64,000 nucleotides of DNA from Eledone cirrhosa (lineage: Eukaryota): NCBI GenBank assembly GCA_964016885.1, contig OZ024742.1:293694001-293758000 (forward strand). Direction: 5' to 3'. The notes under the pieces are model-generated. The model made no database searches. It saw only the letters and a list, made by a program, of their open reading frames with translations, and was not told the DNA's origin. Positions 1 to 13,170 of this stretch are shown piece after piece. Numbering within the stretch: position 1 is the first letter of the stretch; each line of letters opens with the position of its first letter. Both the position numbers and the translations under genes were made by a program.

Positions 1-512
1 ATTAATTTAAATACTATGCTTTCCATTATAAATAACTTCTTCACCCAACTATTCCCAAGAGGGTCATGGGGGCAGAGTCCTCAAACACTCCCTTCAGCAT
101 GTCCTGTCAGAAGCAGCCATCTCCAACTGATCTGGCTGGATCCCAAAGCAAGACCAGCAAAGCTCATGGATGTTATCCAACCATCTTGCTCAGGGTCTAC
201 TTAAAAGGACCCATCTAACCCATGCAAGCATAGAAAAGCGGATGTAAAAACGATAATGATGGTGATGTATTTGTGTTTCTCCCCAATGTCTTCACATTGA
301 CACCACTCAGACAGCTGGTGATATTTCTTTATGTGCTGCATAAACAATGTTCTACAGCTCAGCAATTCAACAAAGATCAGTTGACTTTTTTTTTAAAGTT
401 TCATACTTGGAAACAAGGTTTGGCATCAAGAAAGGCATTTGGTCATAGTAAAACTACATCAAGTCATCTAAACCATGCCAACATGAGAGAAGTATGGTTA
501 AAAATGATAAAA

Positions 513-1349
513 AATAATAATAATGAAATTATTGTGTACAGTGCTCAGGTGCACTACAACTCATCAAAGGTGCATGTATAGTACATAGAATAATATACAA
601 ATGTCATGGAAGTGAATAGTGTATCATCATCATCACCGTTTTACGTCCGTTCTTCCACGCTAGCATGGGTTAGACGGGTTGTCCTGTTGTGGGCAGTGTC
701 TGGTCGGCTGACCATGCCTTGCTCATACAGGAACTGATCTGGCTTGATTTCTACAGCTGGATGCCCTTCCTAACACCAACCTCATTTACAGTGAGTGCTG
801 GGTGCTTTTTCGTGGCGCCTACACGTCCACTTTACAGTGTGGGCTGGGTGCTTTTTTGCCGTGGCACCTCCACGACCACCTTGCGGTGGGGGGGGGGGCA
901 TATTGTTTATATGCTTCAGCATGTACCCATGGGAGGTCGGGTACCCTGTATTACTGCGTGACGCCAGAGGTCACGGTCGTGTGTCATTGACTTTGAGAGG
1001 TGTAGTTGGGTAAGGTCGGCTTTTATCACCTCATCCCAAGTCATCTTGGGTCTCCCCACTCCGCGGTTTCCATCAACTTCTAGTGCTCTGCACCTTTTTA
1101 TGCAGCTGTCATCCTTCATACGCATCACATGTGTATGAGTCATGATATACATGTGTGCGTGTGTATGGAGGGGGAATATTAGGTGTAGTATTGGCGAATC
1201 TCAGGAAGCATGGAGGTTTTAAAGGATGCAGTGTCTCGACAGCTAACAACTGATGCAGGTAGTTTGTTCCATGCTTCAGCAACTCTGAGCATGAAAAAAT
1301 GTTTCCGAAAGTCATGGGAGCTGTGCTGTTTTCTGACTTTGTGGGCATG
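513..1349 (-). mobile_element. 3' fragment of a CR1/L2-group LINE (ORF2 end, 3'UTR, (TTA)n tail), split by an RTE insertion
   Basis: Encodes HAHKVRKQHSSHDFRKHFF..RVAEAWNKLP, matching the ORF end at 33810-33986. Bases 513-624 are the reverse complement of the rest of that element's 3'UTR. Confidence 0.9.
625..1132 (-). mobile_element. 5'-truncated RTE-clade LINE, family A (3' end), nested in the CR1-like 3'UTR
   Basis: Encodes HVMRMKDDSCIKRC..GRPKMTW..DRDLWR and is near-identical to 44928-45440. Has a (GAT)n tail and GTGTAT duplicated at 619-624 and 1131-1136. Confidence 0.92.
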
Positions 1350-1690
1350 GTGGTGATGGGTGTTGGTAATAATGATGATGATGGTGATTATAATGATGGT
1401 GTTGGTAATGATGATGACCATCATAATGGTGGTGATGTCGGTAGTGGTGATGGTGATAATAATGGTGTTGGTAATGATGATGATAATGGTGGTGATATTG
1501 GTAGTGGTGATGTCACTAGTGGTGATGGGGATGATAATAATAGTGTTGGTAATGATGATGATGATGGTGATAGTAATGGTGTTGGTGATGGTGATGGTGA
1601 TAATGGTATTGGTAATGATGTTGATGATGATGATTATAGTGATGACAGTGGTAGTAGCTACTAGTATGGGTGATGATGATGATGACAAGA
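1350..1690. repeat. Degenerate (GAT/GGT/AAT)n trinucleotide microsatellite
   Basis: Directly visible; explains the low-complexity ORFs in several frames. Confidence 0.95.
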
Positions 1691-2083
1691 TGAATTTTAT
1701 GGTATCAATCTTGCTGAAAATATTCTTTAATTACTGCCATAAAACATATCTGTGATGTCAGTTCATATAAGGCTCCTTTCCTAATTGTCCTCCACCACAT
1801 GTGGTGAAGTCTATGTCTTAGGTCTGAAGTATGAAATTAGTTTTAGTCATTAACTCCAAGATAGCTGTTAATTACTACACTTGACAATATAATATAACGA
1901 AGTGAATCATTTGAACAGGATATTAATGATGATTGACTGTCAACTGAATGATTATTGCCAATATTATTGGGGTAGGGGGAGACTTCACACCCAATTGAGT
2001 CATAAGGGTGCTGTAGTGATATATTGGACATTTAAATTACACACATAAGAAGGAAGAGAAAAATAAAAAATAAACAACAACAA

Positions 2084-2553
2084 CATGACTTTCGGAAACA
2101 TTTTTTCACGCTCAGAGTTGCTGAAGCATGGAACAAACAACCTGCATCAGTTGTTAGCTGTCGAGACACTGCATCCTTTAAAACCTCCATGCTTCCTTAG
2201 ATTCGCCAACACTACACCTAATATCCTCCCTCCATACACATACACACCTGTATATCATGACTCATACACTATTCACTTCCCTGACATTTGTATATTATTC
2301 TATGTACTATACCCAGCACTCACTGTAAATGAGGTTGGTGTTAGGAAGGGCATCCAGCTGTAGAAATCAAGCCAAATCAGTTCCTGTATGAGCAAAGCAT
2401 GGTCAGCCGACCAGACACTGCCCACAACAGGACAACCCGTCTAACCCATGCTAGCGTGGAAGAACGGACGTAAAACGGTGATGATGATACATACACCTTT
2501 GACAAGTTGTAGTGCACCTGAGCACTGTACACAATAATTTCATTATTATTATT
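2084..2553 (+). mobile_element. 3' fragment of the CR1/L2-group LINE carrying an RTE family A tail insertion (2311-2488)
   Basis: Matches 33849-34150. The insert is the last ~180 nt of family A ending in GATGATGAT, with ATAC at both junctions. Confidence 0.9.
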
Positions 2554-2883
2554 AACAATTGACCTCAGCTGAATTTGAACTCACAACACTGAGAACTAAC
2601 AATTCTGTGAACTCTCTTACATTTGTTTGCTGCATCATCTTCTGATTATTGGCTGATTTTAAGTTCAGTATTTGTTGCAGATCTCTGGACTCATGTTCAA
2701 ATTATACTATGGTCAACTTTGTCTTTCATCCTTTCAGGTGCAATAAATACATTGCCAGTCCAGAATGGTTGATTGGTGGAATTGATATTTTGTGGTATTT
2801 GTTTGAGATATGTGTGTTCTGGGTTCAACTCCCACCCCCTGTCACTAGAAAAATGGAGTTAGAGCATCAGCTGAAAAACCTAT

Positions 2884-3020
2884 TAATATTTGTTTCTACT
2901 TTTGGCACAAGGCCAGCAATAACCCAGTGTATTACTGGTACTTTATTTTATCGACCCCGTAAGGATGAAAGGCAAAGTTAACCTCGGCAGGATTTGAACT
3001 CAGACAATAAAAGGCCGTAG
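2884..3020 (-). mobile_element. Meta-domain-like SINE, truncated copy
   Basis: Reverse complement of the family core GTTAACTTTGCCTTTCATCCTTACGGGGTCGATAAAATAAAGTACCAG, seen more than 12 times in the window. Confidence 0.85.
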
Positions 3021-3229
3021 ACCAGCATTCTGAATTCTAATCCTGCTTCCTGTCACTGAAATGATGGGACTGGGGGCCCTTCATATTAAAACATTACAAG
3101 ACCTCCAGTGCAATATTAGAGGCCAGCATACACAGCAGTGGTGGTGGTGGTGGAAAGGAGAGTAAGAGGAGAAAGAAGGGTAGGAAAGGTGGCAGTTGTA
3201 CTGGTGGCATCAGCAGTGATATTGGTGAC

Positions 3230-3957
3230 AAGGATGATGACGAGGATAATAGCAATGATAACGATGATGGTGGTAATTGTGGTAATGACGATGATAACAA
3301 TAATAATGGTGGTAATGACGATGATAACAATAATAATGATGGTAATGACGATGATAACAATGATAACGATGGTGATGGCAATGATAACGATGATGATGAT
3401 GGTAACAATGACAATGATAATGATGATGGTGATTACGATGATGATAGTGATGATGACTGATAAAGATGATGAGGATGACAATGACAATGATAACAATGAT
3501 GATGATGACAATGATGATGATGACAATGATGATGATGACAATGATGATGACAATGATGATGGCAATGATAACAATGGTGATGATGACAATGATGATGACA
3601 ATCATGATGACAATCATGATGGCAATGATGATGGCAATGATAATGGTGATGATAACAATAGTGATGATGACAATGGTGATGATGACAATGATGATGACAA
3701 TGATGATGACAATCATGATGGCAATGATAACAATGGTGATGATGACAATGATGATGACAATGATGATGACAATCATGATGGCAATGATGATGGCAATGAT
3801 GATGGCAATGATAATGACAATGATAATGACAATGATGATGACAATGATAATGACAATGATAATGGTGATGATAACAATGGTGATGATGATAATGATAACA
3901 ATGATGATGATGACAATGATGATGACAATGGTGATGATAACAATGATGATGGTGATG
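3230..3957. repeat. Long (GAT/GAC/AAT)n microsatellite
   Basis: Directly visible; source of the poly-D/N/M/I ORFs. Confidence 0.95.
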
Positions 3958-4443
3958 CTATTTGTGTACCAAATGAATTATTGATTTTTACAGGGTACAT
4001 AATCATTTTATAGTAACTTTTACTTTTATACCAAAATCAATAGTGTTAAATTAAATATATATCGTATTTAAAATGAAAATGCACATATATTCATGATATT
4101 GTGATTTTATAATCAATTCTCATTAAAGAGGAATTATATAAATGAAATTTAGAAAGTCTTCTTGATCTATAATTACATATCCTTTGAGAAATTACCCCCA
4201 AAAGTTGTTATCTTCATCATCCATGCTTTTATATCCAATCAAGAGATGCAAATTAGCAGAGTAGTTAGAGTGTTGGACAGAATACGTTGTTGTATTAGTT
4301 CCAGTTCTTTGTATGCTGAGTTCAAATCCCACAAAAGTCAATTTTGTCACTCTATTTTTCATGGTTGATAAATGAAATATAAGTTGTGAGGAGAGGAGGG
4401 TTAGTGGAAATGTTTAATTAATCAGATAAGATGCTTTACAGAA

Positions 4444-4617
4444 TTTCATCATGGACAAGTGAATTTGGGGGCATTAAAAGTCTGCCAGAAAGATGGAAAA
4501 GCATTGTAGATCATGAAGGAGAATATATTTTAGATTTTTAAAATAATTGTTTATCTTAATTTTTTAAATAAAAGAAGTATTAAAAAAAATGCAATTTTTT
4601 ATGGGATGTCCCAATTA
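4444..4617 (+). mobile_element. Mariner-family DNA transposon 3' remnant
   Basis: Translates to GIKSLPERWKSIVDHEGEYILD, the mariner transposase C-terminal motif (GI..LP.RW...V...G.Y), followed by a TIR-like end ..TTATGGGATGTCCCAATTA. Confidence 0.7.
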
Positions 4618-4822
4618 TTATATTTTTCAATAAGGCAATATTAGTAGAGCATAGGACAACATGCTTTGTGGCACAGAGCTACAGCCCTTTATGTTCTGAG
4701 TTGAAATCCCACTAAGATTAACTTTGCCTTTTTTTCTTTATGGAGGGTCAATAAAATAAAATACCAGTAATGCAGTGGGGTCACTTTAATCGACTTTTCT
4801 CTCTCCCAAATTTGTTGGCTTT

Positions 4823-5188
4823 CATCATCATCACCGTTTTACGTCCGTTCTTCCACGCTAGCATGGGTTAGACGGAGTGTCCTGTTGTAGGCAGTGTCTG
4901 GTCGGCTGACCTTGTCTTGCTCATATGGAAACTGATTCTGGCTGATTTCTACAGCTGGATGCCCTTCCTAACACCAACCTCATTTACAGTGAGTACTGGG
5001 TGCTTTTTTTCCATGGCACCTACACGTCCACTTTACAGTGTGGGCTGGGTGCTTTTTTGCCGTGGCACCTCTACAACCACTTTGCAGTGGAATGATCAAG
5101 GAAACAACACAACACCCGGTCCGAGAACTGAACTCACAACCTTTTGATTGCAAGCCCAATGCTCTAACCACTAAGCCATGCACCTTCA
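4823..5188 (-). mobile_element. tRNA-headed SINE variant ending in the RTE family A tail
   Basis: Head has A box (TGGCTTAGTGG) and B box (GAGTTCAGTTC) like 40688-40780. It lacks the CORE-like segment and its 3' part equals the family A 3'UTR. Confidence 0.85.
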
Positions 5189-7712
5189 TGTATATATGTG
5201 TGTAAATCAAAAACAATTATATGTAGGAAAAGCTTATGATACAATCTAGAAATAGGAATTTTATATGGTGTCGGGTCACATAGGTAACATGCCTAAGTTT
5301 ATATAAAAATTCCTAAAAGACAGAATTTTTACTGTATAACTGAGGTCCTGTTTGTTTAATTCTTTTGAAGAGGAGATGAAAATTCTTCAGAGCAGCATAT
5401 CATCTGTAACTCTAATATCAAAATAAACAGTCTCAGCTGAAATTATCACAGTGTTGATATTTCTGTGAGGGAAACCTTACAGTAGAGTGAATACTTCAAC
5501 TCAATATAAACAATATTCAAACTTAACCACTCAACATTGGTTTCAAATTTACCAGGAAAAAAACATCTTTTCTATACAAAGTGAACCAAAACTGGATATG
5601 GCTGGAACCGAAAAAGCACAAACCAGTAAAGCTGTTTCACCATTGTCATTTCAAGGCCACACTTATCATTGAAGCCTGTAATATTTGAAATTTTGATTTA
5701 AATATGACTTAAGTCAGAAAGGGAAGCCTGAATGTGTGCATAAATCTTGGGCACTGTAAAGATGTTTCTCCAGATATTTTTGAGGAATTGCACATAACTT
5801 ACATTGATAAATTCTACAAATTAAGTCAATCGAATTCATTAGACATGATTATAGATTTTGTCTAAAATATTGTCCTCAATATCATTGATTCTAAATATTT
5901 TCTACCAAAGTCTTTTCTGATATTTCTATTATTTTTAAAAGTATATCAAAATTTGAGTATACATTCAGAACTCATTCCTTTCAATTAGTAAACCCATAAA
6001 ATATAACTTGTATTTTTCTAAGAATTAAAATCAACTGTATTTTAAAACTTATCTCAATATCCTATTTTACTGATTTTTTCATCATATTGCTGTGGAATAA
6101 CAAAACAACAATAGAAAATTGTAGCCAACCTGGCTGGAACTCCTATCAAAGTTAAAGTAAACTTTGTTGGGACTAATATTGGACATAAAACTCACCTTCT
6201 GACTACATATCGAAGCATGTATACTAAAATGATGGGCTTCTGCAGTTTTATCATCATAATCATTTTACAGCCATTTTAATATGTTGGACAGGCCAATACA
6301 GACCAAATCAGTACCACAGTTACTGTCCTCATAGATAGGCCAGGGAACCAGATTTTACTTACTTATTTTTAGCATTGCTTCTATGGTGTCCTTCTTAACA
6401 CCAACTATATTACACAATGTACTAGGTGTATTTTATTGTGGCACCAACACGAGAAAGGTTGCGATGTCGTAAATGTGACTGGAAAGTCTTTGCATTTCTG
6501 TCTACGAACTTCATCCATAAGAAATTAATCAGTCCATGGTACCACGCAGAAAGATCGAATCCAATACCTCTAAATTATACAGTCATGCTGAAAGACTGAT
6601 TACTTTTTTTCTCCAAGGAGATGACAGATATTCACTTTCTTCTTATTTCCAACATAAAACCATATGAACACAGCACATTCTTTTTTCCTACAAAATTAAA
6701 TATCTCCAGCATTCAACATGACATGTTTTTTTAACTTGATTAAAACAGAATATAAAAAGATTATGAAGATTACTCACCATTGATTGAAATGGACTGAGAT
6801 ATTCAAATCACAATGTATTTCATTGTGTTGATAAACTCTGGGCTATGAATAATGAAGTCTTTTATGAAATCTAGATTATACACATTATTGTTATAGTGTG
6901 AAACAAAAGATTTTATTGTAAACATGCTTGTCTTATTATCTGCTGTTGAAATTCATTATTTGAAGGAAATTATGCAAGCAGTGATTTAAGTAGACATGTG
7001 CGAGTGAATAAATACTGTCACACAAAAATGTTTACTTTTCACAATTCACAAGTACTCTCGAATAATTGCTCCCCCTCTTCTATTGATTTCGCAAATTTTT
7101 CCACCACCCCTACTCCACCCTGTTCCTATTGCTTTTCAAGATAGGAATGAGGGCCCTATCACTAAAACACCCAAGAAACCTCCAATGAGATACAATCTTG
7201 TAGGCGACGAGCTAAACGTTGCATAGGTGTGAGCTATAAATTTCATTTAAATTTTTCTTTTCTTTTTTTTTTTTTTATTTGCATACTGAGGGAAATTTCA
7301 CACTTCCAACCTCTATAAACCAAATTTACATCATACAGAAGAATAGAACAAATGCCAAGTAAATTGAATTGTAAATTAGGAATAATTTATACAGAACATA
7401 CTGAAAACTCATTAGATTTTTACAAAGAGACAATTTGGCTACAAATATACTGTGTAGTATAGCATTGACACAATGTATATAGATACAAGGTACCTACATT
7501 TTTCTATATATACAATATCAACTATAATCTACAGATATATTTTGTCGTAAAGTATAGCATTGACACTATATATATACATATATATTGTTTCAATATATGG
7601 TGTTTCTTATACTTTATATATCAGCTCTGCATGAACCATACTGCATTGAGCTTTAAACCTTCTGGTTAAGTCTACACCCAATAATATCAACACTGTTATT
7701 ATTATTAAAGTT

Positions 7713-8158
7713 ATATTTCGGGGTTAACTTTGCCTTTCATCCTAACGGGGGTCGATAAAATAAAGTACCAGTAATACACTGGGATAATTGCTGGCCTTGT
7801 GCCTATTGTAGAAACAATTATTATTAAAGTTATATATATATATACATACAGAGAAGGTTGTATATCTGGCTCTACACACAATGTTGGCCACAATCTATAG
7901 ATATATTTTGTACTATAGTATTAAAACAATGTATATATACACAGATAAAGTGTTTACATCTGGCTCTATATAATTATTTCTACTTTTGGCACAAGGCCAG
8001 CAATTATCCCAGTGCATTACTGGTACTTTATTTTATCGACCCCGTAAGGATGAAAGGCAAAGTTAACCTCGGTGGGATTTGAACTCAGATCATAAAGGGC
8101 CGTAACTCTATGCCACAAAGCATGGCATCCGACCCTCTACCGATACTGCCAATCCACC
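7713..8158. mobile_element. Two Meta-like SINEs in inverted tail-to-tail orientation (7713-7825 plus, 7971-8158 minus)
   Basis: Family core present on both strands. The first copy has TTATTATTAAAGTT on both sides (TSD). Confidence 0.88.
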
Positions 8159-8256
8159 TACATATAATGATGATATTTTGTAGTACAGTATAGTATTAAA
8201 ATGATGTATGTATGTATATATATATATAGTAATAATAATAAATTTGAAGACTAAAA

Positions 8257-8322
8257 TCCAAAGAGGGCTCAATAACGATAAATATATATCAAATATATAA
8301 GAACCGTAGAGTAAATATTTAT

Positions 8323-8411
<89 letters not shown>

Positions 8412-8512
8412 TATATATATATATATATTAATATATATATATATTAATAAATATTTACTCCACGGTTCTTATATATTTGATATATATTTATCGTTATTGA
8501 GCCCTCTTTGGA
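8257..8512. repeat. Long inverted repeat (~70-bp arms, 1 mismatch) around a (TA)n tract
   Basis: TCCAAAGAGGGCTCAATAACG...TATTTATTAATA and its reverse complement ending at 8512. Confidence 0.95.
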
Positions 8513-9422
8513 ATATAATATCATCACACAAAACTAAACAACATGATCTATTGATTAAGAATCAACAAGATATGGTTTATAACTTGGTTATATGCTGAAC
8601 CATCGTGGATTATATGATAGACCCGTGGTCTATATATTGCGTCTCATGGATTATGTGAGTGGTGGTGTGCGCGAAGACAGTGGTACTGTTTTGCCTACGA
8701 TATAATATAGTTTATAATATGTTTGATATTTTTTATAGTGTGGTGTTTCTCTACATTCGGGACTGTATATCATACAGGTGTATGCGAAAAAATGATTTAA
8801 CAATTCAGCCCACATAATAATATCGATTGCCTGCTTCAACTGCCTGACCCTGCAACTAACAATCTGACGCACTCTAATCCTGTATAAATAAGACACGCGT
8901 GCATGCTACACATGAGATTGTTTCATACACTGACTACTCTAAACTTTCCTCTTGCTTTATCTTCATAAACTGCCAATGTTTCATTTTTATTTTTATTTTT
9001 ATTTTTATTTTTATTTTTATTTTTATTTTTATCCTTTAACCTTTATATGTAAATTGCCATGCTATATCATTTTGATGGATGTCATCCCACTGTGGGTCAA
9101 TATATGCATATGTTTTTATATGTCTCTTGTGTTGAAAAGGAGGTCAAGTATGTTATAGATCACTAAATAGTTGCTCCGAAGAATCCAAACCTCGGTTTGG
9201 AGAGAACAATTGTAAGCAAATAAATGATTTAAACTGAACTTTGATTATTGTAATCTCTATATAACTGCTCTGTAAAACAACTGATGTTATTACATTGAGC
9301 TATTTATCTTACTGGTAATAAGATAGTAATAAATGACTATCTTTCACTATTTGGGGTTTGCATAAAAAATATATAACCATAAAAGGTTTTATTATATACA
9401 TAACCATAAATAGTATCCTTAA

Positions 9423-9499
<77 letters not shown>

Positions 9500-9799
9500 C
9501 ATGACATTTTCATCTGTCTGTACACATACAATGTTAGCTATAATCGATAGATATATTTTTAAAATACAGAATAGTATTAAAATGATGTATATATGCAGAG
9601 AAGGTTGCATACATCTGTCTATATATACAATGTTGGGTAAAGATCTGTAGATATATTCAGTAGTAGAGTAGAGTATTGCTTACTACTGTTTGGTCCAGAG
9701 TTGCTGATTCATCCAAGAACTGCTTTGCTGAGAAGTGGGAAGACAGAGCAACACATGACACTATCGACTCTCATAAAAACTCTCATAACCCAGAAGGGA

Positions 9800-10130
9800 A
9801 CAGATGTGACTGAGCCATATATCCTAATGGGAGACTTCAATGTACATGTTGGCACTGGCTACCTGACATGGAAAAGTGTGATTGGAAAAACAGCAACCCT
9901 GACCATCACCATCATCGTCATCGTTTAATGGCCATCTTCCACGCTAGCATAGGTTAGACGGTCGATCTAAATGCAAATGGGGAGACCTTATTAGATTTCT
10001 ATTCTAATAATGGGTTACATTATGATAGGCTACAGTGAAAAGATAAAAATGAAATGAAATTTACAGCTCATTCATACCTATGGAGGTTTAGATGGCCTCA
10101 GATTAAATTACATACCATAGGAAGGTTCTC
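9800..10130 (+). mobile_element. Decayed RTE endonuclease (APE) fragment, interrupted by a short (GAT)-tailed insert at 9903-9960
   Basis: ILMGDFNVHVG..W.SVIGK, then NANGETLLDF after the insert. Confidence 0.65.
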
Positions 10131-11482
10131 AAGTGTTTTAATGATAATGGTCCTGGTTTTATTATGAAAAACAATGTTAAATGAAGCCTCTTGCTCAGGA
10201 ACATAACACAACACCAGTTCAGAAATTGAATACACAACCTTATGATCATGACTACAACACTCTAAACACTAGGTCATGTATCTCCATAAAATATGAAAAT
10301 ATTTATAGCACAGTATAGAATATCTTGGTTACAATATTTACCAATCTTTCATAGGTGGTTGTGCTAGTGTTTGTCATAATATAAAAACGTAGTTTCTAAG
10401 ACAAAGCTGTAGATTTTATGGTTAGAAATGATAAATACTTTCTACAGAATCTTTAGTTATAAAGTGTTAACTGGGAATTATAAAGATATCACATCACAAA
10501 GACATCCCTTGTGTATCATTAGAATAATCTACCAACATGCAGCTCCAGACACACAACTTGCACATATATATATGTACACTAGATGATGATGATGATGGTG
10601 ATGATGGTGATGAGGATGGTGGTGGTGGTGATGGTGATAATGATGGTGTGTGTGTGAAGTAGACAACATATTTAAGCAGTAGCCAACTTGCATATATAAA
10701 CCCGTAGATAACTTACATGTATATATATCATCACCACCATCATTATTCAACATCTATTTTTCCACTCTTGCATGGGTTAGACAGGTTATCAGGCTATGAG
10801 ACAATTCAAATCAGGCAACCATTTCTTGTTCATATGGAACTGTGTTTTTGGCTAGGTTCCTATGGTTGAATGTCTTTCTTAATGCCAACCACATTATAGT
10901 GAGGATTGGGTGCTTTTTCATTGTGTCACCAGCATGACCACCTTACATGGTGGACGAGGTGTTTTTTTTTTCCTGTCACCAATAAGGGCAGTGCCCCAGC
11001 AAGGCCTCAGCCAGATGGCTGGAACAAGTAAAAGAGTAAAAAAGTAAATACGACCACCTTACAGGGTGAACTGGGTACCTTTTTTTCTTATTTCATCAAC
11101 ACGACCACCTTACAGCGTGGCCTGGGTGCTTTTTTTGTGTGTGTGCCTCCAACTTGAACTGGGAGCATCTTGTGTCACTAACACAATCCCCAGGGGGGGG
11201 GGGGAGATTGGTGCAGACTAGTGCCTCCTATATGTTTGCTTCCTTCTGTGCACATGGAAAGGTGGGTCTTTTGCAGTAGAATATAAGACCAGAGAAAGAT
11301 GTGGATATCCAATGATATCTTGTCTTGGACCATGACACCTTGCCCAACCCATGCCAGCATGGAAAACAGATTGGTGATGATGATGATGATGATGATAGCG
11401 ATGATGATGACAATGATGGTGCTTGGAACTGTAACAATAATCTACTCTTTTGAAGATAAAAAAAAAATCTAACCAAAGCCAG

Positions 11483-11527
<45 letters not shown>

Positions 11528-11769
11528 TACCCAATGACTGTTTGTTCAACAACAGACAATTATAAAACTACTGTGAAGTTTATTAGAAATATTGGTAATG
11601 ATCTGGTAGTGAGGGTGGAGGGATGTAGTTATGATGGTGGGGGAATGTAGTTATGATGGTGGGGGAATGTAGTTATGATGGTGGGTTGATAAAGATAATT
11701 GTTGTGTTTGTAGTCTTTGTAGTGTTCATGAGACAGGGTCAGATCTATTCATACAGTCAGTTATTCATT

Positions 11770-12720
11770 TGAAATGGTGATGGTTATTCAGATGATGGTA
11801 TAGTTTGATGGTTTGTCAGATGGTTTGCAGTGATGGTTATTTAGATGATGGTGTAGTTTGATGGTTTGTCAGATAGTTGTGTAATGATGGTTAATGAGAT
11901 GGTGGTGTAGTTTGATGATTAGTGAGATGATATATGTAAGATGGTGGTGTAGTGTTGGTTAGTGATGTGGTGTAGTGTTGGTTAGTGATGTGGTGTAGTG
12001 TTGGTTAGTGATGTGGTGTAGTGTTGGTTAGTGATGTGGTGTAGTGATAGTTAGTGAGGTGGTGTAGTGATGGTTAGTGAGGTGGTGTAGTGATGGTTAG
12101 TGAGGTGGTGTAGTGATGGTTAGTGAGGTGGTGGTGTAGTGATGGTTAGTGAGGTGGTGGTGTAGTGATGGTTAGTGAGGTGGTGTAGTGATAGTTAGTG
12201 AGGTGGTGTAGTGATAGTGAGATGGTGTAGTGATGGTTAGTGAGATGGTGTATGTAAGATGGTGGTGTAGTGTTGGTTAGTGATGTGGTGTAGTGATGGT
12301 TAGTGAGGTGGTGTAGTGATGGTTAGTGAGGTGGTGTAGTGATAGTTAGTGAGGTGGTGTAGTGATAGTTAGTGAGGTGGTGTAGTGATGGTTAGTGAGA
12401 TGGTGGTGTAGTGATGGTGGTGTAGTGATGGTTAGTGAGGTGTTGGTGTAGTTTGATGGTTAGTGAGATGGTGTATGTAAGATGGTGGTGTAGTGTTGGT
12501 TAGTGATGTGTTATAGTGATGGTTACAGAGGTGGTATAGTGATGGTTAGTGAGGTGGTGGTGTAGTGATGGTTAATGAGGTGGTATAGTGATGGTTAGTG
12601 AGGTGGTGTAATGATGGATAGTAAGATGGTGCTATAATGATCATTAGTGAAATGGTGTATGTTAAATGGTGGTGTAGTGATGGTTAGTAAGATGAAGTAA
12701 GATGGTGGTATAGTAATGGC
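11770..12720. repeat. GT-rich minisatellite, ~23-bp unit GTGGTGTAGTGATGGTTAGTGAG
   Basis: Tandem units directly visible. Confidence 0.95.
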
Positions 12721-12877
12721 TAGTAGTATGAAAGGCCAAGTTGACTTTGGCAGGATTAGAACTCAAAACACAAAGAGCCTGAACATATAATCCAAGGCAT
12801 CGTGTCTGACACATGAACAATTCCACCAATCCATCACCCTGTAGTGATACCTTATATTATTAACCCTGAAAGAATGG

Positions 12878-13170
12878 TGGAGGTGCGTGGCCTAGAGGCA
12901 TGGGTGTTGAACATACGATCATAATGTTGTGGGTTTGATTCCTGGGCTGGGTTGTGTGTTGTATTCTTGAGCATAACACTTCATTTCACATTGCTCCTGT
13001 ATACTCAGCTGAAAATGAGAACCAGTAATAGCAGGGGGGGGGGGTTAACCCCATGATGGACTGGTATCCAGTGCAGAGAGGGGGGAATCTTGTACTCTCA
13101 GTTGCTTCACGCCACAAAACCAGGATAAGCACCGGCCTGACGAGCCTACTAGCTTCAGACAGACATTAGA
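12878..13170 (+). mobile_element. Older tRNA/CORE-like SINE with a V-domain-like body (second copy at 13899-14187)
   Basis: Head similar to 40688. Body GATGGACTGGTATCC...GGATAAGCACCGGCCTGACGAGCCT is shared with 13899-14187. Domain names are from recall. Confidence 0.7.

Noticed and set aside
3094-4013. Long Asp/Asn-, Met- or Ile-rich ORFs (also 1179-1755 and 16182-16760) as biomineral or reflectin-like proteins
   Set aside because: Open in most frames on both strands because (GAT)n-type repeats lack stops; no splice or domain evidence.
11531-12720. Mucin-like Thr/Pro/His exon on the minus strand
   Set aside because: Unit lengths of 22-23 bp are not multiples of three and introduce regular TAA stops.
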